A stretch of DNA of 64,000 bases from Candidatus Micrarchaeota archaeon (GCA_018819225.1 JAHJQN010000007.1:109456-173455); one strand, 5' to 3'; positions 9,267 to 20,100 are shown, counted from the stretch's first letter. Numbers and translations: made by a program. The notes: a model not told the origin generated them from the letters alone.

Positions 9267-10010
9267 ATGCCGCTTCTTTCCTTCGAGCAATTCAGCCTAC
9301 GCTTCGGTTCCCAACTCGTTTTGAACGAGATCTCCCTCTCCATAGAAAAAGGGGAATTCATTGGGTTAATGGGAGGCATCGGCTCCGGCAAAACCTCGTT
9401 CTTGTTAAGCATTAACGGGGTCATTCCCAAACTGGTTCCAGCTCAAACGCAGGGGCGCGTGATGCTTTCCGGAAAAGAGGTTTCCAAGCACTCGGTTCAG
9501 TCATTAAGCCGCGACGTGGCCATGGTATTCCAGAATCCGTCTGATCAACTCTTTTCCCTCACGGTCGAAGATGAAGTCGCATTCGGGCTACGCAACCAGC
9601 ACCTCCCCCAAAACGTGATTACCGAGCGCGTTACTCATGCATTGAATGACGTCGGCCTCTCCGCGTTTACCGCTCGCGATCCCTCTTCGCTTTCCCACGG
9701 TCAAAAACAAAAAGTCGCCATTGCCAGCGCGCTGGCGCTTCAAACCCCTCTAATCGTTCTCGATGAACCCACCTCCAATCTCGATTTTTCCAGCAGCGTC
9801 GCCCTATATACCCTGCTGGAAAAACTCCATGCGGATGGGAATTCCATTCTCGTCGTAGACCACGACACCGACCTTCTTTCACGATACGCGAAACGCTTCA
9901 TCGTATTATACGGGCAGCGCGTTATTGCGGATGGCGATCCATCTGTTTTTATTAACGGAGCAGCGGAACGCGCGGGATTAAAGGTTCCGTGCCGTATGCG
10001 AGGCGAATAA
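9267..10010 (+). CDS. ECF transporter ATPase (EcfA/CbiO)
   Basis: Walker A GGIGSGKT, VFQNPSDQ, LSHGQKQK signature, LDEPT. Confidence 0.9.
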   Translation: MPLLSFEQFSLRFGSQLVLNEISLSIEKGEFIGLMGGIGSGKTSFLLSINGVIPKLVPAQTQGRVMLSGKEVSKHSVQSLSRDVAMVFQNPSDQLFSLTVEDEVAFGLRNQHLPQNVITERVTHALNDVGLSAFTARDPSSLSHGQKQKVAIASALALQTPLIVLDEPTSNLDFSSSVALYTLLEKLHADGNSILVVDHDTDLLSRYAKRFIVLYGQRVIADGDPSVFINGAAERAGLKVPCRMRGE

Positions 10011-10011
10011 C

Positions 10012-10569
10012 ATGGCCGACTCGCCTCTTCACAAACTTTCTGCGGTTTACGCGCTCCCTGCATTCGTTCTCCTCACCATCTCATTAGTGCTCTTCCCCCT
10101 AGAATACGCGCTCGCATTTCTCGCTTTACTTATCCCGCTCTATTGGATTTCCCACCTTTCCCTCTTTCAAACGCTTTCCCATCATCGCTTCCTCCTTGTT
10201 TTCGCTATCGTCGCTTTTCTTTTCCGTTTAATTCTTACGGGGCAATGGCCGGAATCCGTGCTAAGCGCACTCTATTTGACGGATCTCTTCCTCTTATCCC
10301 TCCTCTTCTGGTTCACCACGACGCCGGCTCAGTTGCGCGATGCCCTGCACTTCTATCGAGTCCCCCGTTCTCTCACGTTTATGTTCCTCCTCGCTTTTTC
10401 CGCTCTCCCATTACTTCAACAGCAATTGCAACGCGTGCGAATCGCGCAAGCCTCTCGCGGAAACACGCGCGCCGTTTTCCCCTTACTTCTTCCATTACTT
10501 CACTCCGTATTCGATCGCTCGCGGAAACTCGCCATATCGTTGGAAAGCCGGGGTTTCCAGCCCGAATAG
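10012..10569 (+). CDS. ECF transporter transmembrane T component
   Basis: TM helices, TTTP, AQASRG and LESRGF motifs. Confidence 0.85.
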   Translation: MADSPLHKLSAVYALPAFVLLTISLVLFPLEYALAFLALLIPLYWISHLSLFQTLSHHRFLLVFAIVAFLFRLILTGQWPESVLSALYLTDLFLLSLLFWFTTTPAQLRDALHFYRVPRSLTFMFLLAFSALPLLQQQLQRVRIAQASRGNTRAVFPLLLPLLHSVFDRSRKLAISLESRGFQPE

Positions 10570-10603
10570 TTAGCTTTTAATTCCGCTAACGAGAAACGCA
10601 TCC

Positions 10604-10903
10604 ATGCGCCCATTCCTCATCCTATTATGGTCCGCGGCTCTAATGGGCTGGTCTCTCCCAACCCGCTCCAGCTCCCGCATCGCGTCCGGCAGGGATCGAT
10701 TATACCGCCATTCTTCCGGGTACAACGTGCGATGCCAATACTCCTTGTCCCGAATCCCGCGAATGCATTTCCATTTCCTCGTTGGATCCCGTATACCGGC
10801 ATCCCGTATGCATTCAATCCCCTACGCCGATTACGTTCAATGCCCCGTGGGTAAAACAATGGTCGCCGAAAAGTCCCTTCCCATCCAATTGAGCTGCATC
10901 TAG
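10604..10903 (+). CDS. Small Cys-rich lipoprotein with two compensating 1-nt frameshifts
   Basis: Removing one G at 10650-51 and adding one C at 10819-22 gives a signal peptide, LMGC lipobox and a coherent Cys-rich domain (see findings). Confidence 0.55.
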   Translation: MRPFLILLWSAALMGWSLPTRSSSRIASGRDRLYRHSSGYNVRCQYSLSRIPRMHFHFLVGSRIPASRMHSIPYADYVQCPVGKTMVAEKSLPIQLSCI

Positions 10904-10948
10904 CGCTCGCGCAAAAGCCTCTTATTGCTTTACCTTCCCATACTTATC

Positions 10949-11602
10949 ATGCATTCCCCGCATCCCGGAGTTTATCGTGTCAACGGCCGGTTAGCTACTT
11001 GCAATCTGGCTCCCGGTCACAAAGTATACGGAGAGGACCTCGTCAAGCAAAACGGTAAGGAATTGCGGTCGTGGGACGCAAAACGCAGCAAGCTGGCCGC
11101 GGCTCTCGTAAACGGACTGCGTCTTTTTCCGTTCCAGGACGGGGCGCGCATCCTCTACTTAGGCGCCGCTTCCGGCACCACTCCTTCTCATGTCAGCGAT
11201 CTCGTGGGGAAAAAAGGGGTCGTGTATTGCGTCGAGTTTTCGGCTACGGTCGCGCGGGACTTGATTGCGGTCTGCGAAACGCGCGAGAACATGCTGCCTA
11301 TCGTGGATGACGCTCGTTTTCCCGAACGCTATTCCGACGTCGGAGAAGTGGACGTGATTTATGAGGATGTGGCGGATCGCGAACAAGTATTGATTCTGGA
11401 AGAGAACGCCAAACGATTCCTGAAGGACGGCGGGCTGGCATTTTTTGCCGTAAAATCGCGCTCCATTGATTCCACGCGTCCTCCCAAACAAGTCTATTCC
11501 GAAGTCATTACGCGTTTGCTGCGCTCTTTCGATGTTCTGGAGAAAATCCGCATCGATCCGTTCCATCGCGACCACTTGTTCTTAGTGCTTCGCAAGCGGT
11601 AG
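10949..11602 (+). CDS. flpA: Fibrillarin-like rRNA/tRNA 2'-O-methyltransferase
   Basis: VYGE, RSKLAAA, LYLGAASGTTPSHVSD, DARFP, KSRSIDST, PFHRDH. Confidence 0.95.
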   Translation: MHSPHPGVYRVNGRLATCNLAPGHKVYGEDLVKQNGKELRSWDAKRSKLAAALVNGLRLFPFQDGARILYLGAASGTTPSHVSDLVGKKGVVYCVEFSATVARDLIAVCETRENMLPIVDDARFPERYSDVGEVDVIYEDVADREQVLILEENAKRFLKDGGLAFFAVKSRSIDSTRPPKQVYSEVITRLLRSFDVLEKIRIDPFHRDHLFLVLRKR

Positions 11603-11656
11603 TCTGCGATGTAATGGCGCAACGCTTTTATTCCGGTTTCGCTTAGAGCAAACGAA

Positions 11657-11743
11657 ATGGCTTCTAAAAGCAAGATGTCTGCCAACGATTGGGCGTTCAT
11701 CGTCATTCTCATATCAACGCTTTACGTGCTATTCGCTCATTAG
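11657..11743 (+). CDS. Putative 28-aa single-TM microprotein
   Basis: MASKSKMSANDWAFIVILISTLYVLFAH; TTTTAT box ~25-30 nt upstream. Confidence 0.4.
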   Translation: MASKSKMSANDWAFIVILISTLYVLFAH

Positions 11744-11769
11744 GCAGCCCGTTCCAGTTTCATGCACGC

Positions 11770-12549
11770 CTATTTTTTCGCCAGCGTGAGTTCTTTCAGC
11801 GTGCTCGAGATGTGCGGGTTCTTGATCCACAAGCCCACTTCATCTTCCGGGAGCGTGTGATCGTTCGTCAAGAACAGCATCGCTTCGTCGTCCGTCAATA
11901 TCATGCGCGTTGGCACGTGCCGATCCATTAAGGTCGTCACAATCTTACTGACATGGGAATTCGGTGAATGTAGTGCGTGTCGTTTATCTAGGAGTTTCGA
12001 GATCGGGGACAACACGTGCACTTTCACGCCTCGGTTCTTCGCTTTCTCGAAGTGCGGTAAGTTGTCATTGATTTTTCGGGCAATATTGTCGGGAGGCGAG
12101 CTCAAGATCACGTGGTGCTTGCTGCGGTCCACCATTTGCGCGAGCCTTGAATAAATCGCGTTTCGGCCGCGCAACGTCCACACGTTTTCCTCGATATTAT
12201 AGCGTTTACTGGTTCCAGACGTGCTCAACTGTTTCGCAAGTCTCCCACTCATCTCATCGATTTTGCTAATTTCATCCATCAAGCGATCTTCTTTATGCTT
12301 TTTGAGCGTCGTGATGGCCTCTTCCAACGGCATGGCCGCGTATTTCACGGGCCTTCCGCTTTTAAGCGATGCAAATCCCTTCTGCTGGAGCTTGTCTAGC
12401 ACATCATATACGCGCGGTCTTGCGATGTTGCCTATATCGGCAACCTCGCCTGCGGATTTTGGGCCGCCTTGAGTCAAGGCCAAGTAGGCCTGTGCTTCGT
12501 ATTGGTTAAGCCCCAACGTGCGAAGTTGTCCAACTAGTTCCGTATTCAT
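11770..12549 (-). CDS. TrmB family transcriptional regulator
   Basis: LGLNQYEAQAYLAL, IARPRVYDVLDKLQQKG, GRPVKYAA and a PLD-like C-domain. Start 12549 follows a GAAAGCTTTAAAA BRE/TATA. Confidence 0.9.
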   Translation of the reverse strand: MNTELVGQLRTLGLNQYEAQAYLALTQGGPKSAGEVADIGNIARPRVYDVLDKLQQKGFASLKSGRPVKYAAMPLEEAITTLKKHKEDRLMDEISKIDEMSGRLAKQLSTSGTSKRYNIEENVWTLRGRNAIYSRLAQMVDRSKHHVILSSPPDNIARKINDNLPHFEKAKNRGVKVHVLSPISKLLDKRHALHSPNSHVSKIVTTLMDRHVPTRMILTDDEAMLFLTNDHTLPEDEVGLWIKNPHISSTLKELTLAKK

Positions 12550-12668
12550 AGCTTCACTAGTCGTCACTGCGGAGTGGTTTTTAAAGCTTTCTTTAATGGG
12601 GGCCTGATCCATTGTGATCCCGTTTTAACTCGCTTTTGACTATGCCTTTCCACCTATATAAATGTATC

Positions 12669-12683
12669 TACTATGTGATAGTA
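12669..12683. promoter_or_regulatory. Palindromic operator TACTAT-GTG-ATAGTA, candidate TrmB site
   Basis: Perfect 6-bp inverted repeat between divergent trmB and surface-protein genes, just upstream of the BRE/TATA at 12691-12705. Confidence 0.55.
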
Positions 12684-12759
12684 ACATCTACAAAAAGCTT
12701 ATATATTAGCTATTCCATATTGTTACTACTCTGTAATTGCGATATTGGTGGTCGATTTC

Positions 12760-14442
12760 ATGGACAAACATCTGCGTCATGCGGCTCTGGGTCTATTGGT
12801 ATTGCTGATTGCCGCCTATTCCGCAACCGCTTTAGAGATCAAGGCCTCCAGCGATTTGATCTACCTTTCTTCAACGGAAGGTCAAGCCTATGTTTACGCC
12901 ACGAATCCGTTCGATGAACCGGCTACGATCAGTTTCTCCGCCACGAGCTCGTATCTAAACGCTTACTTTGACGCGCATACCACGCGCGTTCTCTCCGGCG
13001 CTTCTTCAGGTGCGCTATTGAATGTCCGCTCTCCGGATTGTTTCCGTGGAAACGATGTCGTGCGCGTATACGCACAAGTCTGCACCGACCGCGAATGCCG
13101 AAGCGATTCCACGACCATTCGCGTCACCGTAACGCCCGCACGCGCCTGCGATGCCTACGTTGAAGGCCTGGCGCCACAAGAGAGCTACGTTCCCCACACG
13201 CTTTGCGATGAAGACGGCTGCCGTTACTTGGTGCCGAAACCCCGCAGCAAGATCATTGAATCGACCTCGTTCGAACCCACGGAATACTCGGTCAGCATCC
13301 GCGACGCCGACGAATGTTTTTCCGTAAAACGCGGAACCGTCGAATCCGTTCAACTCCAATTACGCAATCGCGGGGCTGCCGGAAGTTTTGATGTCCGCGC
13401 GCTCGGAGTCGACACGCAAATTTATGCCTCCCCGAATCGCGACTACATTTCGCTATCGCGTTCTGGCGTTGATTCACTTCGCCTGGATCTGAAAGCCCTT
13501 CCCGATGCGGAAGAAGGCCGTCACTTCATTACCTTGCAATTGTTACATCGCGCGGACCTCGTTGCCGAGACCGATCTCTGCATTAATCTGGTGGATGATC
13601 ACGCGAGTCGCTTGTCGGCTCCTGAATCCGCGCTTGTCGATCCCAATACGGAAACCCTTGTTGACGTAGAACTCGAGAATCTGGGAACCTACCGCGAGGG
13701 CTACCATATCATGCTCTTAGGCGTTCCGGGCGGCATTAACGTGGCCCCTCAAGGATTCTTCCTCGAACCCGGCGAAGTCCAAGAGCTATCCATCACGTTT
13801 ACTCCGCGTGCCTTGAAAGCCAAGGAATCGGTTCTCGAGGTTATCGCGCTCGGCGACCATTCGGAAGCGCGCGCCAGCATTCATTTGACGCGCAAAGAAG
13901 CCGAGGTTCCCGCAACGATTTCCGAACCGTTGGAAAAGGAATCGGGGAACCAACTCTTCACGTACGCGATCATTGTCACGAACGAACTCGATGAATCATT
14001 ACACGCTACTTTCGAGATCGAGGGATTGCCGGAAAACTGGAAAGCCACGCTTCCGGACGCATTTGACCTTCCTGCTAGAGGCGAAGTCGAAGTTCCCGTA
14101 GAAATCCGTTCGGGTTCCTCGGAAACCGCTCACCCCGTCTTGCTCGTCAAACGCGATGGTGAAGTCATTGGACGTCAACCCCTGCCAACTATTACGGGTT
14201 CTTCAAGCGGGCTCACGGGCTTCTTGACGATCGCGTTTTCGGAAGGCGGCCAGTTCATCGTGATCTTGCTGCTGATCGCGTTTCTCGTCATCCTCATGTT
14301 TTCGCGTCAAACCATGAATCAAGGCAGCGCGGAAAATCTGGCCAACATCAAGAGCGAAGTCGACGGTGCTTCAACGGATCATAATTACCGTGCGGAGTTT
14401 TCTCAATCATTGCAGCGCATGAAAGACGGCATGAATCAATAA
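12760..14442 (+). CDS. Secreted, C-terminally membrane-anchored Ig-like repeat (COG1470/NEW3-like) surface protein
   Basis: Signal peptide, repeated LxNxG beta-sandwich motifs, GLTGF + TM helix, GGTGG SD. Confidence 0.7.
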   Translation: MDKHLRHAALGLLVLLIAAYSATALEIKASSDLIYLSSTEGQAYVYATNPFDEPATISFSATSSYLNAYFDAHTTRVLSGASSGALLNVRSPDCFRGNDVVRVYAQVCTDRECRSDSTTIRVTVTPARACDAYVEGLAPQESYVPHTLCDEDGCRYLVPKPRSKIIESTSFEPTEYSVSIRDADECFSVKRGTVESVQLQLRNRGAAGSFDVRALGVDTQIYASPNRDYISLSRSGVDSLRLDLKALPDAEEGRHFITLQLLHRADLVAETDLCINLVDDHASRLSAPESALVDPNTETLVDVELENLGTYREGYHIMLLGVPGGINVAPQGFFLEPGEVQELSITFTPRALKAKESVLEVIALGDHSEARASIHLTRKEAEVPATISEPLEKESGNQLFTYAIIVTNELDESLHATFEIEGLPENWKATLPDAFDLPARGEVEVPVEIRSGSSETAHPVLLVKRDGEVIGRQPLPTITGSSSGLTGFLTIAFSEGGQFIVILLLIAFLVILMFSRQTMNQGSAENLANIKSEVDGASTDHNYRAEFSQSLQRMKDGMNQ

Positions 14443-14453
14443 GGTGGTAGCCG

Positions 14454-15614
14454 ATGGTCAAAACCCACACCAAAAACGTGGTCCACAACAGCTTGTCGGA
14501 CATCGAGGCCACTCTCTCCAAGAACGTAGGCGCCCATCAATTGCGCGTCCATGAACACATGTCGGACGAAGAATTCAGAACCGTTTCCCGAAAATTGACG
14601 GAAGACATCCAAACCGGATTCGACGAAGCCAAAAAGCGTGCGTTCGAGGAAGGCTTTGCCGCTGGGGTCAAGAGTCATCAATCCACGATACGCGACGGCT
14701 TGTTAACGGCCATGGCTTCAGGCGAACTCCCCCGATCCAACGTTTCCGCTCGGAGTCCTCCAGTAGCCCCTCACAACGCGGAATCGTGCGAATCCGTTCG
14801 TGACGACCTGAAACGCGTCTTTAAAACCCTCTCTGAACAAATTGAAACGCTTTCAAACGATCTACAGAAACCTGCTTCTCCTTCCGATGCGCTCGAGTCC
14901 GTGTCTTTCGAGTTGGATCAAATCAAAAAGCGAACGCTCATTCAGCAAGAGGCGTTCGAAAATCTGTTATCCGAACAACGCGATCTGACCGTCCAACAAA
15001 ATGCCAAGCTGGAAACCGTTTCGCGCATGCAGGAATCGTTGGATGCCAAGCTGTACGCGCTGACGTCCACGGAACAACAACTTCAAACGCTTTCTTCGCA
15101 ACTCCAGTCCCAAAGCGATTCCCTTTCCCAGCTGCAACTTCATCGCGAAGAAGTGGAACGGGCACTGGAAGGAGCGGCCAACCGTCTCGACGAACTCCAG
15201 CAACGTTCACCCTCCGCGGGCGGAGAGGATTTGGGCGGCTTGCTCGACATGGTTTCCGACAATACGACGCGCGTGAATACGTTGAAACGCCAGTTGACCC
15301 GTTTCAGCAAGAAGATTTCGCGTCACGGTGCTCACATCACACGCGTCTATAAGCTGTCTGCTCGCCGGAAACAAACGCGGAATGCCATCCGGTCCGTGCG
15401 TCGACTGGCCGAAAAGAAAGCGACCAAAAAAAAGGCCGGCCGCAAGACCCAACCGAAAACGGTATCCAAAACCATCCGAACCGTTCGCACGATCAAGCGA
15501 TCCGCTCGGAAAAAAACCGTGAAACCGCTAGCGCCCGCAAAAGCCATTCCATCCAAGAATAAGATGGTCGTTGAAAAAACGACGGTCACCAAAACAACGG
15601 CGGGTACCCCCTAG
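14454..15614 (+). CDS. Coiled-coil protein with a Lys/Arg/Thr-rich C-terminal tail
   Basis: Gln/Leu/Glu heptads followed by KKATKKKAGRKTQPKTVSKT...; GGTGG SD. Confidence 0.75.
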   Translation: MVKTHTKNVVHNSLSDIEATLSKNVGAHQLRVHEHMSDEEFRTVSRKLTEDIQTGFDEAKKRAFEEGFAAGVKSHQSTIRDGLLTAMASGELPRSNVSARSPPVAPHNAESCESVRDDLKRVFKTLSEQIETLSNDLQKPASPSDALESVSFELDQIKKRTLIQQEAFENLLSEQRDLTVQQNAKLETVSRMQESLDAKLYALTSTEQQLQTLSSQLQSQSDSLSQLQLHREEVERALEGAANRLDELQQRSPSAGGEDLGGLLDMVSDNTTRVNTLKRQLTRFSKKISRHGAHITRVYKLSARRKQTRNAIRSVRRLAEKKATKKKAGRKTQPKTVSKTIRTVRTIKRSARKKTVKPLAPAKAIPSKNKMVVEKTTVTKTTAGTP

Positions 15615-16576
15615 CGGTATTGAAGCGTTAAGCGTTCTTTCTGCAATTCGCTCACAAACGTTTTCGCGAATCCCGTTCCGAATCCTGCAGACGTTCCGGA
15701 TAGCCACTCCAACAACCCGCCTTGCGCCTTGAATTCGCAGAACGAAATCCCGTTCTCGCTATCCATTTCCGCCAGCTCCGCGGCTTTCTTTTCGGCTCGT
15801 GCCCTTCCCCCGATTTCATCCACCATACCGATACGCAACGCCTGCTTTGCCGTTAATATGCGCGCATCCAACACGTCCTCGTATCCCTCCGGATTCAGAC
15901 GCTCACCGCGCGCGTTTCGCACGTCCTCCGCAAAATTATTGGCGGTTTCCCCGATGAGTTCTTCCATTAACGCTCTCTCCTCTTCCGTCATCTCACGATA
16001 ACCCGCGCCAATGTCCTTCTTTTCACCGCTTTGAATGCTTTCCTGTTTCAACCCGATTTTCTCGAATAATTGCTCGTAGTTCAATAAGGTTGCGCGCGCT
16101 CCAATGGAGCCCGTAATCGTGTTCGGGTTCGCAATAATCGTGTGCGCCGGACTCGCCACATAATAGCCTCCGCTCGCGGCCACTTCCTTCAAGTACGCGA
16201 CCACGGGCTTCTCGCTCTCCATCAACTCGTCATAAATTTCCTTGCTCGCGACCGCGCTGCCTCCTGGCGAGTTGATTTCAAACAGTATGGCGCCGACACG
16301 CGGATCCGCATTAGCGGTTTTGAATTGCTGCATAATCTCTTCCGCGGTATCCCCGCTTTCAAATAATCCGTTGCCGGGCCCGTACGTGATTTCTCCGTTC
16401 AATTGAATGCGCGCCACGCACGAGTTATCAAAACCGCCTACGCTCCCAACGATTAATCCGACGATGAAAATAGTGGCGAAGGCCACGACCGCAATAACGA
16501 GTAGCGTGCGCAAAAAGCTTTGCGGTTTAGGATTTTCCGACTTATTCGCGTACTGTTTCAAACGAGGCGCGGACAT
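15611..16576 (-). CDS. sppA: Signal peptide peptidase SppA (S49)
   Basis: INSPGGS, AASGGYY, TGSIG; N-terminal TM. Confidence 0.93.
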   Translation of the reverse strand: MSAPRLKQYANKSENPKPQSFLRTLLVIAVVAFATIFIVGLIVGSVGGFDNSCVARIQLNGEITYGPGNGLFESGDTAEEIMQQFKTANADPRVGAILFEINSPGGSAVASKEIYDELMESEKPVVAYLKEVAASGGYYVASPAHTIIANPNTITGSIGARATLLNYEQLFEKIGLKQESIQSGEKKDIGAGYREMTEEERALMEELIGETANNFAEDVRNARGERLNPEGYEDVLDARILTAKQALRIGMVDEIGGRARAEKKAAELAEMDSENGISFCEFKAQGGLLEWLSGTSAGFGTGFAKTFVSELQKERLTLQYR

Positions 16577-16627
16577 GGAGCGCATTAGTGACTACCCATT
16601 ATTATGTCTGTTGGTCTCCGCTTGAAC

Positions 16628-17032
16628 TTATCGGCGCTTCTTTAGTCGCGTGACGCGTTCGAGGAGTTTGCGGTGATGCTTGGTCACGCGTTCGTCGTAT
16701 TCCTCGACAGGGAAAACAATTTTTCCGCTTTGGTATATGATGAGTGCGACGGTCGCGAGTCCCAACCAGAACACGAAGCCCGCCAGCGGGCCCATCATGA
16801 CCCCGATGACATCCTCGTTACCAAATTCAAACGGAGCGGAAATCGCCCATCCGAACAACTGCGGGATCAAATTGGGATTCAATTGAGCGTAAACGATTTT
16901 GTTTGCGACGACGAAAATGCTGTACGAGGCTTCGGCGACCTTGAGCAAGGAGGCTGCAATGAGGAACGCGCCCGCGAGTTTCAGCAAGTGAACGCGCTGG
17001 CCGCCAATCTTGAACCACAGGATTCGGTACAT
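16628..17032 (-). CDS. Hypothetical membrane protein
   Basis: Two TM segments and a basic tail. Confidence 0.65.
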   Translation of the reverse strand: MYRILWFKIGGQRVHLLKLAGAFLIAASLLKVAEASYSIFVVANKIVYAQLNPNLIPQLFGWAISAPFEFGNEDVIGVMMGPLAGFVFWLGLATVALIIYQSGKIVFPVEEYDERVTKHHRKLLERVTRLKKRR

Positions 17033-17139
17033 AGGGGGATCTCACCGATTGCATTACTCGAGGTCCGTATATAAAGATTACGATTTTCCCCATCTCTCTT
17101 GTTTGAAACCTTTTAATATCCCGTATCCGAAACGTTAAC

Positions 17140-20100
17140 ATGCGCTGGATCATTCGAAAGTCCGTGTGGCGTCCCATCCTCTTGCTTCTCCTATTTTTAT
17201 TCAGCGCAGTCGTTATTGTTCAAGCGGAGTGGACGCATCGGTTGTCGGATGAGACCCGCGATCTTTCCATACCCGTTAGCAGCGCTATTGACATCAACAG
17301 CGAGCGCTGGCTGCGCGACGTCTACAGACCGTACACGCTCGTGGAACGCGGCGACTACTTTTACGGAAGTGGACGTCCATGCCCCGGGGGAGGGGTTTGC
17401 CACACTTATTTCACGAAACACGATAAAGCGTGCGGAAACATTGTCTGGGGTTCGAATCCGGGCAATGCGCTCTACAACGTCGTTTCTCACAGCTACGACG
17501 TCGTCGCTCTTGGAAACCGCGTCTACAGTGTTTTGGGCGGTCAATATCCGAGCATCTATTACCTTGTCGAAATGGATGAAAGCAACGGCAACTTGATAGC
17601 GAATTACGAATTGGATAACATCGTGAATTACGCGGGAGTCTATCGGCTCGTGACCGACGGAACGCGCGTCTACGCCTTTACGAGTTCGGGTTCCGGGCGT
17701 GTCCGCGTGAAAGCCTTCAACCATAACACGAAAACGTTTGATTGGACCATTGACTTTAACATTGATGATGTGAACAAGGGCGAGGTCAATTCCCAACCCG
17801 CCATCTTCCAAAACCAGCTCGTTTTCGTCGTGGATCACCATGAAGGCGGCGTAAACACTCATCACGGTCCCGCCACGTTATATTCCTTCAATAAAGATAC
17901 GGGCGCTCCGCTCTGGAGCCAAGTCCTTCACAATTCGGCGGAAAACGCGGCAACCGTTCAAATCGTTGTTCACAATAACAAAATCTTTTTGGATCGAAGA
18001 CGTTCAGGTTATTGGGACAAGCTTTCCTCTTACAATCCCTTGAACAACGGCGCATTGCTTTGGGGACCGTTCGACGATCTCGGAACGAATCTTGCCGCTT
18101 ACAATAACCTATTGTATGCTCGGATTCCCGGAGCCCAAGGCGTTCGGGCATTGAACGCGAACACGGGTAGCGTCATTTGGACGAATTCAGGTACCGACTG
18201 CGACTGGGGCCTGGTCTATTTGGCTGGTCCCAACGAACTGATTTGCATGCACCGGCATACCGCTACCTCGGTGTACTTGATTCGCGTGGACGCCAGCGAC
18301 GGCGACGCCATCGACACGACGGGTTTGATTCAATATAGCTCCAGCACTTTTGTTAGCAATGAATTGTTTGTGTTTTCCCCTGCAGACCCCTTCTTGCTTT
18401 TCCATTATCAGAACGGATTGGGTTCCGTTGGCGGTTCAACGCCTGACATCACCAGCATCTCGGTCAGCCCGCCATCCGCAACGGTTCCCGTATTCGGCAC
18501 GCGCCAGTTTACGGCGACGTGCGTGACCGAATGCGGTGATACTATTGAATGTCCTGCTCTCACATGGACCTCCACGATCGGATCCGTTGACAATACGGGG
18601 TTGTTTACAGCTGGTGCGACCACTGGAGTCGGCGTAGTACGCGCGTCTTACGGCGGCGTATTCGACGAAGCGGATATTACGGTTGTCGGATTACCGGTTT
18701 GCAGCGTTTGCACCGTAAACGGTAATTGCGCGTCCGGTTACTGCCGGGAGACGTTTGAAGGCGGAGTGAAACGATGTGCTCCGGATGCCACGAGTTGCGT
18801 CATAGACCAAAACAACAACTGCGATTATCCCGATGGATACGAGATGTGCTTCGGAAACGATTATTATCGGGAATGCGGCGCAAGCGGTTCCGGATTATGG
18901 GGGGCACCTAACAACTGTGATGACAGCGTGGATTACGAGGGATGCGATCCCGGTTCCGAAAACGAGGATTCTCACCCTGGCGCATCCTGCGGGTGGCGCG
19001 CACGCCCCGGAGAAACATGTACTTCTGGAATGGCGGGCGGTTGCTTCCCGGGTTCGTGGGGCTCTTGTCAAAACTGCGGCTCATTCATTTCCCAACCCTC
19101 GCACGACGCGTGCTATACCACGGGTCTTCCGTTCTGCGATGAAGGCTGCGGTGCGGAATGCGATGAAGACAGTGATTGCACCAACACCGAGCGATGTTAT
19201 GCAGCCAATGATATTTACCAAACTCGCGATGCATCGTGCTCAAATTCCTGCGCCTGTTCTTACGCGCCTTGGGAAAACGGAGCGTGTTCCGAATCCGTTG
19301 CACAATGCGGTGCGGAATGCGATGGCGATGAAGACTGCGATATTTACGATGACCGGTGCGTTGGCCGGTACTGGCGCGATTACGAAACCTCGCAAGGCAC
19401 ATGCAATACCGATCCGTCCGAGTGCGCGTGTACGCCGCCCGACTACGATCAATACTGTTGGGTCGGGCATTGCGGAGCGAACTGTGATGAAAACAGCGAT
19501 TGCACGGCGTATCCCGACGGAACGTGTTCCGCTTGCGGGTGCCGCTATCCTCCTGACGCATTAGCTGTCGTGAATTCACCGGGATTCCAGGGCCTGCCGG
19601 TTCCCATTCAAGGTGATGGTTGGGCGTATGGTGCAACCGTATCTCAACTGACGTGGTCCAAGCAAAGCGGTCCAGGTGGAAGTGATTGCGTGTTCGATGC
19701 GCCGGCTCTAAATCTCGGTTCTTCCCATGCTACGGCTCACGGAACCGTTACGTGCGATCAAGTCGGCGACTACGTGTTACGCCTGCTTGTTCGCGACAGC
19801 AATTCCCAAACGGATACCGATTCCGCCGCCCTTTCTCTTACCGATCCCGTCGGCGTGTGGGGAACCGTGCAAATCGTTCCACCTGCCAATACCGTCTATG
19901 CAGACAACTTGATTCGCTCGCAAACCTTTGAAGCATTATGCTTCGACAACGACGGCAACGGCATGGCGTGTCCTGCAGACCCTGTTTGGAGCTTAAGCGG
20001 GTTTGGAGCCGGAACCACGGCGTCTATTTCACCTCAAGCCAATCCCGTATTCGCTGATTTCTCCCATCAGAGCATTGATGTCTCAACGGCATCCGGAACC

